64,000 bases of DNA from an uncultured Gammaproteobacteria bacterium (GCA_963729605.1 CAVSNY010000007.1:1248001-1312000); one strand, 5' to 3'; positions 29,197 to 42,450 are shown, counted from the stretch's first letter. The notes: generated from the sequence alone by a model not told the origin. Numbers and translations: made by a program.

Positions 29197-30083
29197 AACA
29201 CATCATGCCGGTGATATTGTGCCTAATCGCGGCGACAGTGCCGATGCCCGGTGTGGCTGGAGATGATTCGTATTATCGAACAGGCGAGCCGGCGGTATTA
29301 ATCAACGCCGCGCCGAGCGGGACTGACCAGGCAGTGGAAGAGCGCACGCTGGTAGGATTCACGCGGGCGTACGCCGCGGTGCGGCGGCCGCGCATGGCGA
29401 TATTGTGGCACCGCGATCTCACCGATGAAATCTCCTCACATAAGAAGATCACTGGCAGTGTGACGACCGAACCTCCGTCGACGTTATCAAGTCAGCTGTC
29501 CGCGGTGCAGCGTACGGTGACGATCACGTTCGACACTGGCGGCTCCGGCCATAGCGTGCCGATGCTGTCTTCGTCAAGCGACGCGCAATTCCAAACCGGC
29601 TTCGAATCCACGTTGCGCAGTGCCGGCGTGAGACTGGTGGACAGGAATACGGCGATGCGCCTGACCGCGTTAAAGAACGTCGAACCCGGCGCTGACCCCG
29701 CCACGCTGGACACGCAGGCAGTCGAGATGTCGGCGCTGGTGAAGCACAGTGATTATTTCGTCGAGATCAGCTTTGTCCCCGGCGCCACGGAAGATAAGCC
29801 GGCGCCGCGTATCGCGGTGATTGCCTCCGCAAGCGGGGAGATCTTGGTCGATGTTATGCCGTCGCTCAGTGCTGACGCCGGGGGCGGGAGCCGGTGGGCT
29901 GCAACCGAGCAGGGGTTCGTACGTGTCGAGACGCCAAGCGAGCGCGCGCTGGTCACGGACGAAAGCGGTTTCCACCGGGTGCAGCCTAAGCCCGATGGCG
30001 TGATGGAAGGCCGTGCCGCAGCCTTGGCGTTGATGGAGCAACTGGTGCAGATCTGGACACCGGCGATCGGTGAAACGAAATAA
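29193..30083 (+). CDS. Exported hypothetical protein (possible CsgG/TolB-N-like fold)
   Basis: GTG start overlapping the upstream stop; signal peptide; AGVRLVDR motif. Confidence 0.55.
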   Translation: MKHIMPVILCLIAATVPMPGVAGDDSYYRTGEPAVLINAAPSGTDQAVEERTLVGFTRAYAAVRRPRMAILWHRDLTDEISSHKKITGSVTTEPPSTLSSQLSAVQRTVTITFDTGGSGHSVPMLSSSSDAQFQTGFESTLRSAGVRLVDRNTAMRLTALKNVEPGADPATLDTQAVEMSALVKHSDYFVEISFVPGATEDKPAPRIAVIASASGEILVDVMPSLSADAGGGSRWAATEQGFVRVETPSERALVTDESGFHRVQPKPDGVMEGRAAALALMEQLVQIWTPAIGETK

Positions 30084-30542
30084 GATCGGCTTGAACGTGA
30101 GAAGAGAAGAGGAGTGGGGGATCATGGAGAGCAGCGGGATAATAAAGCAGTGACTGGTGGTGTCATGGATGGTAATCGCCCCGGTGCTGCGCGCGTGTAT
30201 CACGATGGCACGGCCACGAACGTGGTGGTCTCTTTGAACGTGGGTGGCACGCTCTTTCCTTTCCCTTCCCATATGTTCTCCGCTTCCGACGAGGAGTTTG
30301 GTGATTATAAAAGTAGGTTCCGTGTCGCGGATCTCCGTGTCCACGGTAACGGTACAGTGGATGTGCTGGCGCCGAATCTTGCACATTCCGCATCGCATGA
30401 TGATTTCGCCGATCGGTCGCCAAGAACAAGAAACCGGTTTATTGGTGCTGGCTAAATTCACGGTGAAAGAAGTCGATGGCACAGAGAGAGTGACTGCGGC
30501 AAAGCAACTCCGGAAGGAATGTGGAAAAAAATGGGGAGATAT

Positions 30543-31799
30543 ATGAATAGGTGTGTTTGGATCGTGGGTATGCCATTGATCTTGGCATCTATGCAACAAG
30601 CCGGCGCCGTATCTTTCGGCACCTTCGACCCCCGCTCGATGGCGATGGGCGGCGCGGGTGTGGCGGCTGGTACGAGTGCCAATGCGGGGTTCTTCAACCC
30701 GGCGCTGCTCGCCGCGGGGCGCAACGGCGAGGATTTCAGCCTGGAACTGCCCATCATCGGCGCGCGTGTCGCCGATCCCGACGAAATGATCACCAGCCTA
30801 GATGATTTCCAGGAGGCGGATTACATCGACGACTTCAGCGCCGCGGTCGACCAGTGGAACAATGCCACCACCGTCGGTGCATTGCAGACCGCTAAGGACG
30901 CGGTCGTGAGCACGGGCCGCGACCTCGTGACCGGCCTCGGCACTTTGTCGAACAAGGCGCTGCAGGGCGAGGTCAACGTCGGCGCGGTGGTGGGCATCCC
31001 GAGCCAGCGCCTCGGCGCCTCGGTGCAGGTGAGCTCGCGCGCGATGGGCGGTGCGCTGCTCGACATCACGCAGCAAGACGTCGACGCGATCAACGAGGTC
31101 ATCGACGGCCTCGAGAGCAACGACACCACCGGCATCGTCGACGGCAACGGCGACATCATCGATCCCACCGACAATCTCACCTCGACGGTGCAGGGCCGCG
31201 GCCTCGTGCTGTCGGAGGCGGGCGTGTCGCTGGCGCGCGAGTTCTCGCTGGCCGGCATGGCGGTGTCGTTCGGCGTGACGCCGAAGATCGTGCAGGTGAC
31301 GACCTTCGACTACCGCATGGACGTCGATACCGCCGACCTCGCGATAGACGAAGGCGAGAAGACCTACACCGATTTCAACCTCGACATCGGCGTGCTGCAC
31401 CGTTACGCCAACGGCTGGAGCACCGGCCTCGTGGTGAAGAATCTGATCCCGCAGGAGTACGAGACCGTCCTCGGCAACACCGTGAAGCTCGAGCCGCAGG
31501 TGCGCCTCGGCTTCGCCTACGAATGGCGGCAGGTGACACTGGCAGGCGATCTCGATCTTGTCGAGAACGAGGCCGCCGGCTTCGACGGCCCCACGCAGTA
31601 TGCGGCGGTCGGTGCCGAATGGAATGCCTGGAACGTGATGCAGCTGCGCGTCGGTTATCGCCACAATATCAGCGACAGCGACACCAGCGTGGCGTCGGTG
31701 GGCGTCGGCGTGTCGCCGTTCGGTGTGCACATCGATCTCGCGGCGATGGGCAACCAGGACGAGGTCGGCGCCGGCCTGCAGCTGGGCTTCCGCTTCTAG
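30543..31799 (+). CDS. TraF_2 / FadL-like outer-membrane beta-barrel
   Basis: Signal peptide; DPRSMAMGGAGVA...FFNPALLA; alternating beta strands; terminal LQLGFRF. Confidence 0.8.
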   Translation: MNRCVWIVGMPLILASMQQAGAVSFGTFDPRSMAMGGAGVAAGTSANAGFFNPALLAAGRNGEDFSLELPIIGARVADPDEMITSLDDFQEADYIDDFSAAVDQWNNATTVGALQTAKDAVVSTGRDLVTGLGTLSNKALQGEVNVGAVVGIPSQRLGASVQVSSRAMGGALLDITQQDVDAINEVIDGLESNDTTGIVDGNGDIIDPTDNLTSTVQGRGLVLSEAGVSLAREFSLAGMAVSFGVTPKIVQVTTFDYRMDVDTADLAIDEGEKTYTDFNLDIGVLHRYANGWSTGLVVKNLIPQEYETVLGNTVKLEPQVRLGFAYEWRQVTLAGDLDLVENEAAGFDGPTQYAAVGAEWNAWNVMQLRVGYRHNISDSDTSVASVGVGVSPFGVHIDLAAMGNQDEVGAGLQLGFRF

Positions 31800-31824
31800 T
31801 CCCCACGCCAATTCATGACGCATG

Positions 31825-31856
31825 GCAACGGCCCCAGCGGGGCGGTTGCTTTTTTT
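31825..31856 (+). terminator. Rho-independent terminator
   Basis: GCAACGGCCCC-AGC-GGGGCGGTTGC followed by T7. Confidence 0.75.
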
Positions 31857-31920
31857 GGCCGCCGACTATGCCGCACGGCGACTTTGCTACAATGAATTGT
31901 GAGTATCATCAGCCGTTCGT

Positions 31921-32275
31921 GTGCTATGACGCCAGCTGAGAACAAAACTCCGGCCACACTCGCCGCCTCGAGCACTCGCTGCTCTTCCATGCTCAGGCGC
32001 TCGATCTGCGCTTCGATCATTTGCCGCAGAGTCTCCGGTATGCCTAGGTCGATCTCTTCCAATGGATGCCTGAGTCGCCAACGTCCCTCCTCTCACGAAA
32101 TGAGATTCCGGCGCGTCAGGTGGTCCAGGCACCACGATGAACAGCGGATTACCCTCGGTGTTCCGATAGATGGGCTCCGCCAGACCCACCGGCTCTCCGC
32201 CATCCAGCCAATCCACCGCGAGATATTCCGCAACGTCGGACTTGGAGAACGGCTCGAGCGCCCAAGAATCGGGCG
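31921..32275 (-). pseudogene. Fragment of an AAA/STAND ATPase-domain regulator
   Basis: LEPFSKSDVAEYL...YRNTEGNPLFI / IPETLRQMIEAQIERLS.EEQRVLEAASVAG, frameshifted, both ends missing. Confidence 0.7.
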
Positions 32276-32441
32276 CCGCCGATGGGTCTGTTCGCCTGAC
32301 AAAAGATAGCACCAGTTCGTCGAGGCATCATGCCTTTGCGTGATTTATTCGATGGCCATCGCTAGGCTGAAGGTTTACGGTAAAATAATAGGGTAGTGCA
32401 GGATGCTTAAAACGGTATGAGTTTAGCGTAGAGTCCGCAGC

Positions 32442-32557
32442 GTACTTGGTTCACTCAAGGCTCTCTCATGGTATATTTCGTGTATCGACGACCTGACTTA
32501 AAACAGGTTATTGAAATTAAATTGCAATTATGGATGATTTACAATCAAGTGAAGTGA
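32442..32557 (+). repeat. Degenerate attR-like end
   Basis: GTACT.G.TTCACTCAAGG...CATGGT...TCGTG.TATCGACG...TTTACAATCAAGTGAAGTGA, homologous to 17942-18062. Confidence 0.7.
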
Positions 32558-32858
32558 GGGGCATCCCGCCGTGACGATGGACGGCTTTTTGGCCTATCTC
32601 TTGCCTGAAATTTCGATGTCTTTTGAATATTCCGGTCTGGCCATCAGAGACGATGCGCCTGAACGGTGATGGACTTTCACTGACTGACTGCCTTGCCCAG
32701 CGCAAGGTATCAAGATCACTGTTCATTTTCACTTTGACGACTTCAATTCCCGCCACCATATAAAAAGTCATCTTGACCGAAGCCGCGGATCACGGCCGAG
32801 GTCCGCAAACACGCAGGATGCCTTTTCGGCAAAGCCGGTCATAACGCCAGGGACGGCG

Positions 32859-35800
32859 TTGACCATCCAAGGTTCGAGCAAGGAGCATGTCATAGCCATC
32901 AAAGATTTCGGATTTTCGGCGTATATACGGAATGCGCTGCGCCACGACCGGGATACCGAGTTGTTGCGCTCGGAGTTGTTCAGCATCGAGCAATTGAAAC
33001 GTCACGCGGTCACGCTGGCGGGTCAGCATCGAATCGATTCGCGTTCGGGGCCGGACAGATTGCTGCCACGGCTGGCGGACAACGCGCGCGTCTTGCTGGC
33101 GGCCTATGACGTCGTGACCGCCGCCGCCACCCAGGGACAGCGGATCGTGCCGGCGGAGGCCTGGCTGCTCGACAATTTCTACCTGATCGAACAGCAGGTC
33201 ACGCTGGCGCGCCGGCATTTGCCGCGCGGCTACAGCCGCCAGTTGCCGCGACTGGCCGAGGGTCCGTCGGCCGGTTTCCCCCGCATCTACGACCTGGCGT
33301 TGGAGCTGATTTCTCACATGGACGGTCGCGTCGACGGCGACAATGCCACCCAGTTCATCGCCGCTTACCAGGCCGTCGAACCCTTGAAGCTGGGCGAATT
33401 GTGGGCCTTCCCGATCATGCTGCAGTTGGCGCTGCTGGAAAATTTGCGCCGGGTCGGGGTGCGCATCGCTCAGCGGCGCGAGGAGCGCGATGCGGCCATC
33501 ACCTGGGCGGACCGCATGCTCGCCACGGCCGAAAGCGAACCAAAACAGCTGATCCAATTGCTGGCCGAGTTTGCCAATGCCGATGTGCCGCTGACCGCGC
33601 CGTTTGTGGAGGAATTTTACGCTCGGCTCCAGGCCCAGGGACCCGCCATGGCCTTCGTGCAAACCTGGGTCGAGCAAAAACTGCTCGAACAGGGGGTGAC
33701 CGCAACCGAGTTGTCGGAGGCGGCCGGCCGCACCGCCGCGGCCAACCAGATATCCATCGCCAACAGCATCGGCAGCCTGCGTTTCATCGGCGCCATGGAC
33801 TGGACGCATTACGTCGAGTCGCTCAGCGTCGTCGAACAGATTCTGCGCGAAGACCCGATGGAACATTACGCCAGCCAGGATTTCGCCACCCGCGACCGCT
33901 ACCGGCATGTCATCGAAGACGTGGCGCGACGCAGCGCGTATAGCGAAATGGCGGTGGCGCGCGAGGCCATCGCGCTGGCACGGGCGACCGCCGCGCAGCG
34001 GGGCGCGCATGACCGCGGCGCCCATGTCGGCTACTACCTGATCGATCGGGGACGGCGGGATCTGGAGCGTGCGGTCGGCTACCGGCCGTCGTTGAAATCC
34101 CGGCTCAGCCGGGCGTGCCGAAATCTCCGCCTGCCGCTTTATCTCGGCCCCATCCTGCTGCTCACGCTACTCGCGGCGGCGGCCGTGCTGTTCGTGCTCG
34201 GCGGGCTCGATGCTGGGTGACTGGCGATTCTGGTTTTTTGCGCTTCCCCTCGTGATCGGCGCTTCGGCGCTGGCCGTGCCGCTGGTGAATCTGCTGGTCA
34301 CGCTCACCCTGCCGCCGCGTGCCTTGCCCCGCATGGATTTTTCCAAAGGGATTCCGGACGGCCATCGCACCATGGTGATCGTTCCCACCCTGCTGACCAA
34401 ACCGCAGGACGTCGACGATCTGCTCGAAGCCATGGAAATCCGCTATCTCGGCAATCGCGATCCCAATCTGTTCTTTGCCTTGCTGACGGATTTTCGCGAC
34501 GCCCCCGAGCAAACGCTGCCGGAAGACGCCGCCTTGCTCGATCACGCGCGCGCCGGCGGTCGAGGCGCTCAATGAAACCTACCGCGACGACCGCCCATGC
34601 ATCTTCTATTTGTTTCACCGGCCACGCCTGTGGAATCCCTTCGAGCGGGTGTGGATGGGTTACGAGCGCAAGCGCGGCAAGCTCGAGCAGTTCAATGCCC
34701 GGCTCAGGGGCGAGGCGCCCACGGCCTTTTCGGAGATCGTCGGTGATCCGTCCATTCTTCGCTTCGATCCGCTACGTCATCACCCTCGATACCGACACGC
34801 AATTGCCGCGCGACGCGGCCCGCACGCTGATCGGCAACCTGGCGCATCCGCTCAACCGGCCGGTCTACGACGCCGGCAAGGGCCGCATCGTCGAAGGCTA
34901 CGCGATCCTGCAACCGCGCGCCTCGATCAGTCTGACCAGTGCGGGCCAGTCACGCTTTACCAAACTGTTCGCGGGCGATTCGGGCATCGATCCCTACACG
35001 CGCGAGGTGTCGGATGTCTACCAGGATCTGTTCGGCGAAGGCTCATTCATCGGCAAGGGCATCTACGACGTCGATGCGTTTCGTCAGGCCGTCGACGGAC
35101 GTTTTCCGGAAAATCTCATTCTCAGTCACGATTTGCTGGAAAGCGGCTATGCGCGTTCGGCCCTGGTGACCGATGTCGAGCTCATCGAAGCGCATCCGGC
35201 CAGTTACGCCATCGAGGCCAGCCGGCGCCACCGCTGGATACGCGGCGACTGGCAACTGGCCGGCTGGTTGCTGCCGCGCGTCCCCGGGCCATCCGGCCCG
35301 AATGGAACGAAGGCGAAGCGGCAAGCGAATCCGCTCTCGGCCCTGTCGCTGTGGAAGCTGTTCGACAACCTGCGGCGCAGCCTGGTGGCGCCGGCGCTGC
35401 TGGCCCTGCTGGCGGGTGGATGGCTGCTGGGTCCGGGCCCCGGGTGGTTGTGGGCCCTGCTGGCGGTGGCGGTGGTGTGCCTGCCCGCCCTGCTGTCCAG
35501 CGTGATCGAGCTGGTTCGCAAGCCGAAAGAACGCGACTGGCTGGTGCACCTGAACCTGACCGGCAAATCCGCGGGGCGCCCGATCGCGCTTGCCTTGCTG
35601 ACCCTGGCCTTTTTGCCCTACGACACGCTGATCTGCCTGAGCGCGATCTTTCGCTCGGCGATACGCATGCTGTTCACGCGACGCGGCCTGTTGCTGTGGC
35701 AGCTACCCGCCTACGCGCGCCGCAATACACGCCGCACGCTGGCCGAATTTTTCCGCGAGATGTGGATCGCGCCGACGCTCGCGGCGGCGCTGAGTGCGGC

Positions 35801-38800
35801 ATTGGCGATGGCAAGCCAGCCGGCGGCGTGGCTCTATGCCGCCCCCATCCTGCTGCTGTGGCTGATGTCGCCCGTCGATCGGCTGGTGGATCAGCCGGCC
35901 GCTGGCCAACTCCGTTCCGGCTTTGAGCGTCGATCAGCGGGCCTTCCTGCGGACATCGGCCCGCCGCACCTGGCGTTACTTCGCGGACTTCGTCGGTCCG
36001 GATGACAATTGGCTGCCGCCCGACAACTTCCAGGAATACCCGGTCCCGGTCATCGCCTCGCGCACCTCGCCCACCAACATGGGCATGTCGCTGCTGGCCG
36101 ACCTGGCGGCATACGATTTCGGTTATATCCCGGCCGGGGAGTGCCTCCAGCGTATCGGCAATACTCTGGCCTCGATGGAAAAACTGGAGCGTTACCGCGG
36201 CCATTTTTACAACTGGTACGACACCCGCACGCTGCAACCCCTGCATCCGCAATACGTCTCGTCGGTGGACAGCGGCAACCTGGCCGGCAGCCTGCTCACC
36301 CTGCAGGCGGGACTGGCCGAAATGAAGCATCAGCCGGTGCTGTCGGCCAGCGCGTTCCGGGGACTGCAAGACACCCTGCAGGTGCTGGCCGAACAATTGC
36401 CCGCTTCTCCCACCCCCGAGTTGGCGAAAAAGATCCGCGTGCTGCAAGACACCCTGCGCGCGCTTACGGCGGACGGACCGCCGTTGACGCTCATGGCCGC
36501 CGCCGGCGCGCTGGACCAGCTACATCGCACGGGCGGAACGCTGATTGAATCGCTGCGGGCGGATTTCGATATCGATGGCGAACTGGTTTACTGGGCGCGG
36601 GCATTCGACCGGCAAACCCGCGCCCTGGGGGACGAGTTTGCGTCCCTCGTGCCCGCGTCGTGGCAGGGCAGCGCCATCCCGACCCGGATGGAACTCGCCG
36701 GCGCGGGCGCGGCGGGCGCGCTGACCCAGCTCGGGCTTATCGATGACCTGATCCAGCGTTGCCGCGCATTGGCGGCGATGGATTTTGAATTTCTCTACGT
36801 TACGGCGCGCTGCCTGTTGGCCATCGGCTACGACGTCGGCGAGCGGCGCCGCGATCCGGCCTGCTACGACCTCTTGGCGTCGGAAGCGCGCCTGGCCAGT
36901 TTCCTGCTCATCGCTCAGGGACAGGTGCCGCAGAAACATTGGTTCTCGCTCGGCCGCCTGCTGACCAGTCATGGCGGCGACGTGAGCTTGATTTCGTGGA
37001 GCGGCTCGATGTTCGAGTACCTGATGCCGCAATTGATCATGCCGAGTTACCCGAACACCCTGTTGGAGCAGACCTGCAAGGCCGCGGTGTCGCGCCAGAT
37101 CGAATACGGCCGCCAGCGCGCGGTGCCCTGGGGAATTTCCGAGTCCTGCTACAACGCCACCGACATGCGCCAGGTCTACCAATACCGGGCCTTCGGCGTG
37201 CCTGGTCTCGGCTTCAAGCGCGGGCTGGGGGACGACCTGGTCATCGCGCCCTACGCCAGCGCCCTGGCGCTGACGGTGATGCCGCGGGAGGCGTGCCGCA
37301 ACCTGCGGACGCTGGCCGGCCAGGGCTTCCTCGGCGCCTACGGATTCTACGAGGCGATCGATTACACGCCGTCGCGGGTGCCGCGCGGCAAGCCTCACGC
37401 CATCGTGCGTTCGTTCATGGCCCATCACCAGGGCATGAGCCTGCTGGCCTTCGCGCATGTCTTGCTCGACCAGCCGATGCAGCGCCGCTTCATGTCCGAC
37501 CCGCTGGCGAGGGCGACCGAATTGCTGCTGCAGGAGCGCGTGCCGAAGAAGGGCGCCACCCTGCATCCGCACGCCGCCGAAGTGAGCGCCGCCGCGCATC
37601 CCCCCAGCGCGGACATGGGCTCGATCATGCGCGTGTTTACCGAACCGAACACGCCGATCCCGGAAGTGCATTTGTTGTCGAATGGCCGCTACCACATCAT
37701 GGCGACCCATGCCGGCGGCAGTTACAGCCGCTGGCGCGACCTCGCGGTGACCCGCTGGCGCGAGGACGTCACCTCCGACGGCTGGGGCACGTTCATTTAT
37801 CTGCGCGACCGTGACAGCGGGCGGTATTGGTCGGCGGCGCACCAGCCGACCCTGCGCCGGGCCGATCACTACGAGGCGATCTTCGTGCAGGCACGCGCCG
37901 AATACCGGCGGCGCGATCACGCCATCGAAACGCACACCGAGATCAGCGTGTCCCCTGAAGATGACGTCGAGATTCGCCGCATCACGCTCACCAACCAGTC
38001 GTCGCGGCGCCGTCACATCGAGGTGACCAGCTACGCGGAAGTGGTGCTGGCGCCGTTGAACGCCGACCTCGCGCACCGCGCGTTCAGCAATCTATTCGTG
38101 CAGACTGAAATCCTGCCCGAGCGGCAGGCGATCCTCTGCACGCGGCGGCCGCGCACGCCCGGTGAACAAGTGCCGTGGATGTTTCATCTGTTGGCCGCGC
38201 CGGGCGCGACGGCGGACGATCCGTCTTACGAAACCGACCGCGCCCGCTTCATCGGACGCGGCCGCACCGCAGCCAACCCGCTGGCGCTCGACGGCGGCGA
38301 CAGCCCGATCAAGCTGTCGAACACCGCGGGGCCGGTGCTCGATCCCATCGTGGCGATCCGCCGCACGTTGAGTTTGTCTCCCGACGCAATCAGCGAGCGT
38401 GCAGATCATCTCCGGCGTCGCGGAAACGCGCGCGGCCGCATTGGCCTTGATCGAAAAATATTGTGATCGCCACTTCGTCGAGCGTGCTTTTGAAATGGCC
38501 TGGTTCCAGAGCCAGGAGGTGTTGCGCCACCTCAACGCCACCGAAGCCGACGCCCAGGTGTACGGCCGCTTGGCCAACTCGGTCATTTACGGCAATGCCC
38601 TGCGCCGCGCCGCGCCCGGCATCATCGCCCGCAATCAGTTGGGACAGTCCGGGTTGTGGCGATTCGCCATCTCGGGCGACCTGCCGATCGTCCTGCTGCA
38701 TATCGGCGACGTCAACCGCATCGACTTGGTCAAGCAAGTGCTGCAAGCGCACGCCTATTGGCGCATGAAGGGCCTGGCCTCCGACCTGGTGATCGTGAAC

Positions 38801-41499
38801 GAGGATTTCTCGGGTTACCGGGCGGTGTTGCAAGACCTGATCATGGGTTTGATCAACGCGGGGCCCGCGGCGCAGGTGCTCGACAAACCGGGTGGGGTCT
38901 TCGTGCGGCGTGCCGAAGAGCTTTCCGAGGACGAGCGGGTGCTGCTGCAGACGGTCGCCCGCATCGTCTTCAGCGATACCGGCGAGACCCTGATCGAGCA
39001 AGTCGAACGTCGTGTGTCGGCGGAGCGTGCGTCGGACCTGCTGGAGCCCGTGCAGCAGGCGGCCGTCGAACCGGTGTATCCGCTGGCGGCGCGCGAGCGC
39101 ATTTTCTAGCAACGGTCTGGGCGGCTTCACGCCCGACGGGCGCGAATACATCATCACCCTCGAGCCCGGCCGGAATACGCCGGCGCCGTGGGTCAATGTG
39201 ATTGCCAGCCCGCATATCGGCACGGTCGTGAGTGAAAGCGGCAGCGCCTATACCTGGGTGGAAAACGCGCACGAGTTCCGCCTCACCCCCTGGCACAATG
39301 ACCCGCTGTCCGACAGCAGCGGCGAGGCGCTCTACATCCGCGACGAGGCAACGGGTACCTTCTGGTCGCCGACGCCGTTGCCCGCCCGCGGCCGCTCCGG
39401 CTATGTGTGCCGTCACGGCTTCGGCTACAGCGTATTCGAGCATTACCAGGCCGGCATCGCCTCGGAACTGTTCACCTACGTCGCCATGGACGCGCCGGTG
39501 AAATTCGTGGTGGTCAAATTGCGCAATCATTCGAAGCGCGCGCGCAGCCTGTCCTTGACCGGATATTGGGAACTGGTGCTCGGTGAGTGGCGCCACGCCA
39601 ATCTGATGCACATCGTCACCGAAATAGACGCGCACAGCGGGGCGCTGTTTGCCCGCAACGCCTACGGCCGCGAATGCGCCAAGCGGGTGGTCTTCGCGCA
39701 GGTCAGCGAGCGCGAGCGCTCGGTGAGCGGAAACCGCACCGAGTTCATCGGCCGCAACGGCTCGCTGGCCAGCCCGGCGGCGATGCGCCGCAAACGCTTG
39801 TCGGGCAGGACCGGCGCCGGCCTGGATCCGTGCGCGGCGATTCAGGCCCGGATCGAACTGGCCGCGGGGCAAGAACGCGAGATCGTGTTCGTCTTCGGCG
39901 CGGCCCGCGACGCCGGCGAAGCGCGCCATTTCATCCAGCGCTTCGGCGGGCGCGCGGGTGCGCGGCAGGCGCTGGAAACGGTGTGGGAACATTGGAACCG
40001 CACCCTCGGCGCGGTGAATGTGGACACGCCCGACCCCGCGCTGAACGTGCTGGCCAACGGCTGGCTGGTGTATCAAACCTTGTCGTGCAGGCTGTGGGCG
40101 CGCAGCGGCTATTATCAGTCCGGCGGTGCCTACGGTTTCCGCGATCAATTGCAGGACACCATGGCCCTGATCCATGCGACTCCGTGGCTCGCCCGCGAGC
40201 AATTGATCCGCTGCGCCGGGCGCCAGTTTCTCAAGGGCGACGTACAGCACTGGTGGCACCCGCCCAACGGACAGGGCGTGCGCACCCATTTCTCCGACGA
40301 CTATCTGTGGCTGCCGTATGCGACCTGCCGTTATGTGCGGGCGACCGGCGACACGGGCGTGCTCGACGAGTCCATCCATTTCCTGGAGGGCCGCGAGCTG
40401 TATCCGGAAGAGGAGGCCTACTACGATCAGCCGCAACGTTCGCCCGAAGCGGCCAGCCTGTATGAGCATTGCGTGCGCGCCATCAAACACGGCCTGCGTT
40501 TCGGCGTTCATCAATTGCCGCTGATGGGTTGCGGCGACTGGAACGACGGCATGAATCTCGTCGGTCGCGATGGCAAGGGCGAGAGTGTGTGGCTGGCGTG
40601 GTTCCTGTATGAGAATCTCGAGTTGTTTGCGGGTTTGGCGCGTGACCGGAACGACGCGGACTTCGCGGAGCTGTGCGGCGCTCAAGCGGCGCTGCTGCGC
40701 AAACACATCGAAACCCAGGCCTGGGACGGCGCTTGGTATCGGCGCGCCTATTTCGACGACGGCACCCCGCTGGGCTCGTCCGTCAACGACGAATGCCAGA
40801 TCGATTCGATCAGCCAGAGCTGGGCGGTCATCTCGAACGGCGGCGATCCGGAGCGGGCCCGCCAGGCGATGACGGCGGTCGATCAGCGCCTGGTGCGACG
40901 CGACCGGCGGATCATCCAGCTGCTCGACCCGCCCTTCGACAAATCAGATCTGGAGCCCGGCTACATCAAGGGCTACATCCCCGGGGTGCGCGAGAACGGC
41001 GGCCAATATACCCACGCCGCGATCTGGACCACGATGGCATTTGCCATGATGGGCGACACGAAACGCGCGTGGGAATTCTTCGCCATGCTCAATCCCGTCC
41101 ATCACGGCAGCACGCCCGAGGCCATCGAACGCTACAAGGTCGAGCCCTATGTGATGTGCGCGGACATCTATGGCGTATCGCCGCACACCGGCCGCGGCGG
41201 CTGGACCTGGTACACCGGCGCGGCGGGCTGGATGTACCGGCTGACCGTGGAAACCCTGCTGGGCCTGCAACTGGAAGTGGACCACCTGCGCATTGCGCCG
41301 TGTATCCCCGACGGATTGGGATTCCTACAAGATCCACTATCGTTATCGCGATACCGTCTACCACATCACCGTCAAACGTGTCGGCGGGGCATCGGGGCGG
41401 GTCACCCGGGTGAGCCTGGACGGTGCCGAACGTCCCGACACACGCATTCCGCTGCTCGATGACCGCCGGGAGCATTTCGTCGAGGTGGAGTTGGGCTAA
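32859..41499 (+). pseudogene. ndvB: Cyclic beta-1,2-glucan synthase (Cgs/NdvB: GT84 + GH94), split by seven frameshifts
   Basis: Consecutive ORFs carry AEAWLLDNFY, GYERKRGKL, SHDLLE, WIRGDWQ, YDLLASEARL, SGYYQSGGAYGFRDQLQD, GDWNDGMN, ENGGQYTH and WYTGAAGW. Confidence 0.9.
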
Positions 41500-41809
41500 A
41501 GGGGTTCGCGAAAGAATAATTCCGTATGCAGGAAGCGATTCTTTCGCGGATATTAAACGCATCTTAATATTGGCGGCGCGCGCAACACGGATGTGATTTC
41601 GCTGTTGGGTATGCGTAGGCGAGGTTGATGGCGATCGGGTGCGTTGTATATTGTGCCGGGGAGAGGACGGGTGTCTCCGCTTGACGCCAGGTTTCGGTGC
41701 CGGCACTGACCACGGAAGATGGGTATTATTCTTGAAGGTTTGCTGAACCATCGCATGAGGGCGCGGGCGCTTAACCGATACGCGCAAGCAATAATCATAT
41801 TTTTGCTAG

Positions 41810-42319
<510 letters not shown>

Positions 42320-42450
42320 CGCGTTGTTGAAGAAAACGGCTTGCGCGGCATCGCCCCCATTCAACGGCAATGATCAGACGTTTGAAAAGCAGGCGAGGCA
42401 ATCGCCGTGAATCGTGAGAGAGCCGTGATCGGCCTTTTTACGAACCGGCG

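Larger units (their letters stand above)
4793..41500. mobile_element. Composite/tandem genomic island region at the guaA 3' end (right boundary approximate)
   Basis: Repeated att cores, IS91/ISCR remnants, gene fragments and accessory cargo between the housekeeping genes guaA and tadA. Confidence 0.7.

Noticed and set aside
30114-30455. 113-aa ORF between the operon and the barrel gene
   Set aside because: GTG start, no recognisable motif; may be a remnant, so not called
30543-31799. TraF label as evidence of a conjugative element
   Set aside because: No relaxase, coupling protein or T4SS genes; the protein is a FadL-like barrel
41630-41650. CGATCGGGTGCG as a final att core before tadA
   Set aside because: Too degenerate and lacks the arm homology seen at 17942 and 32442
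42322-42450. Possible MITE between tadA and the Sel1 gene
   Set aside because: Terminal inverted repeats too weak and no second copy in the window
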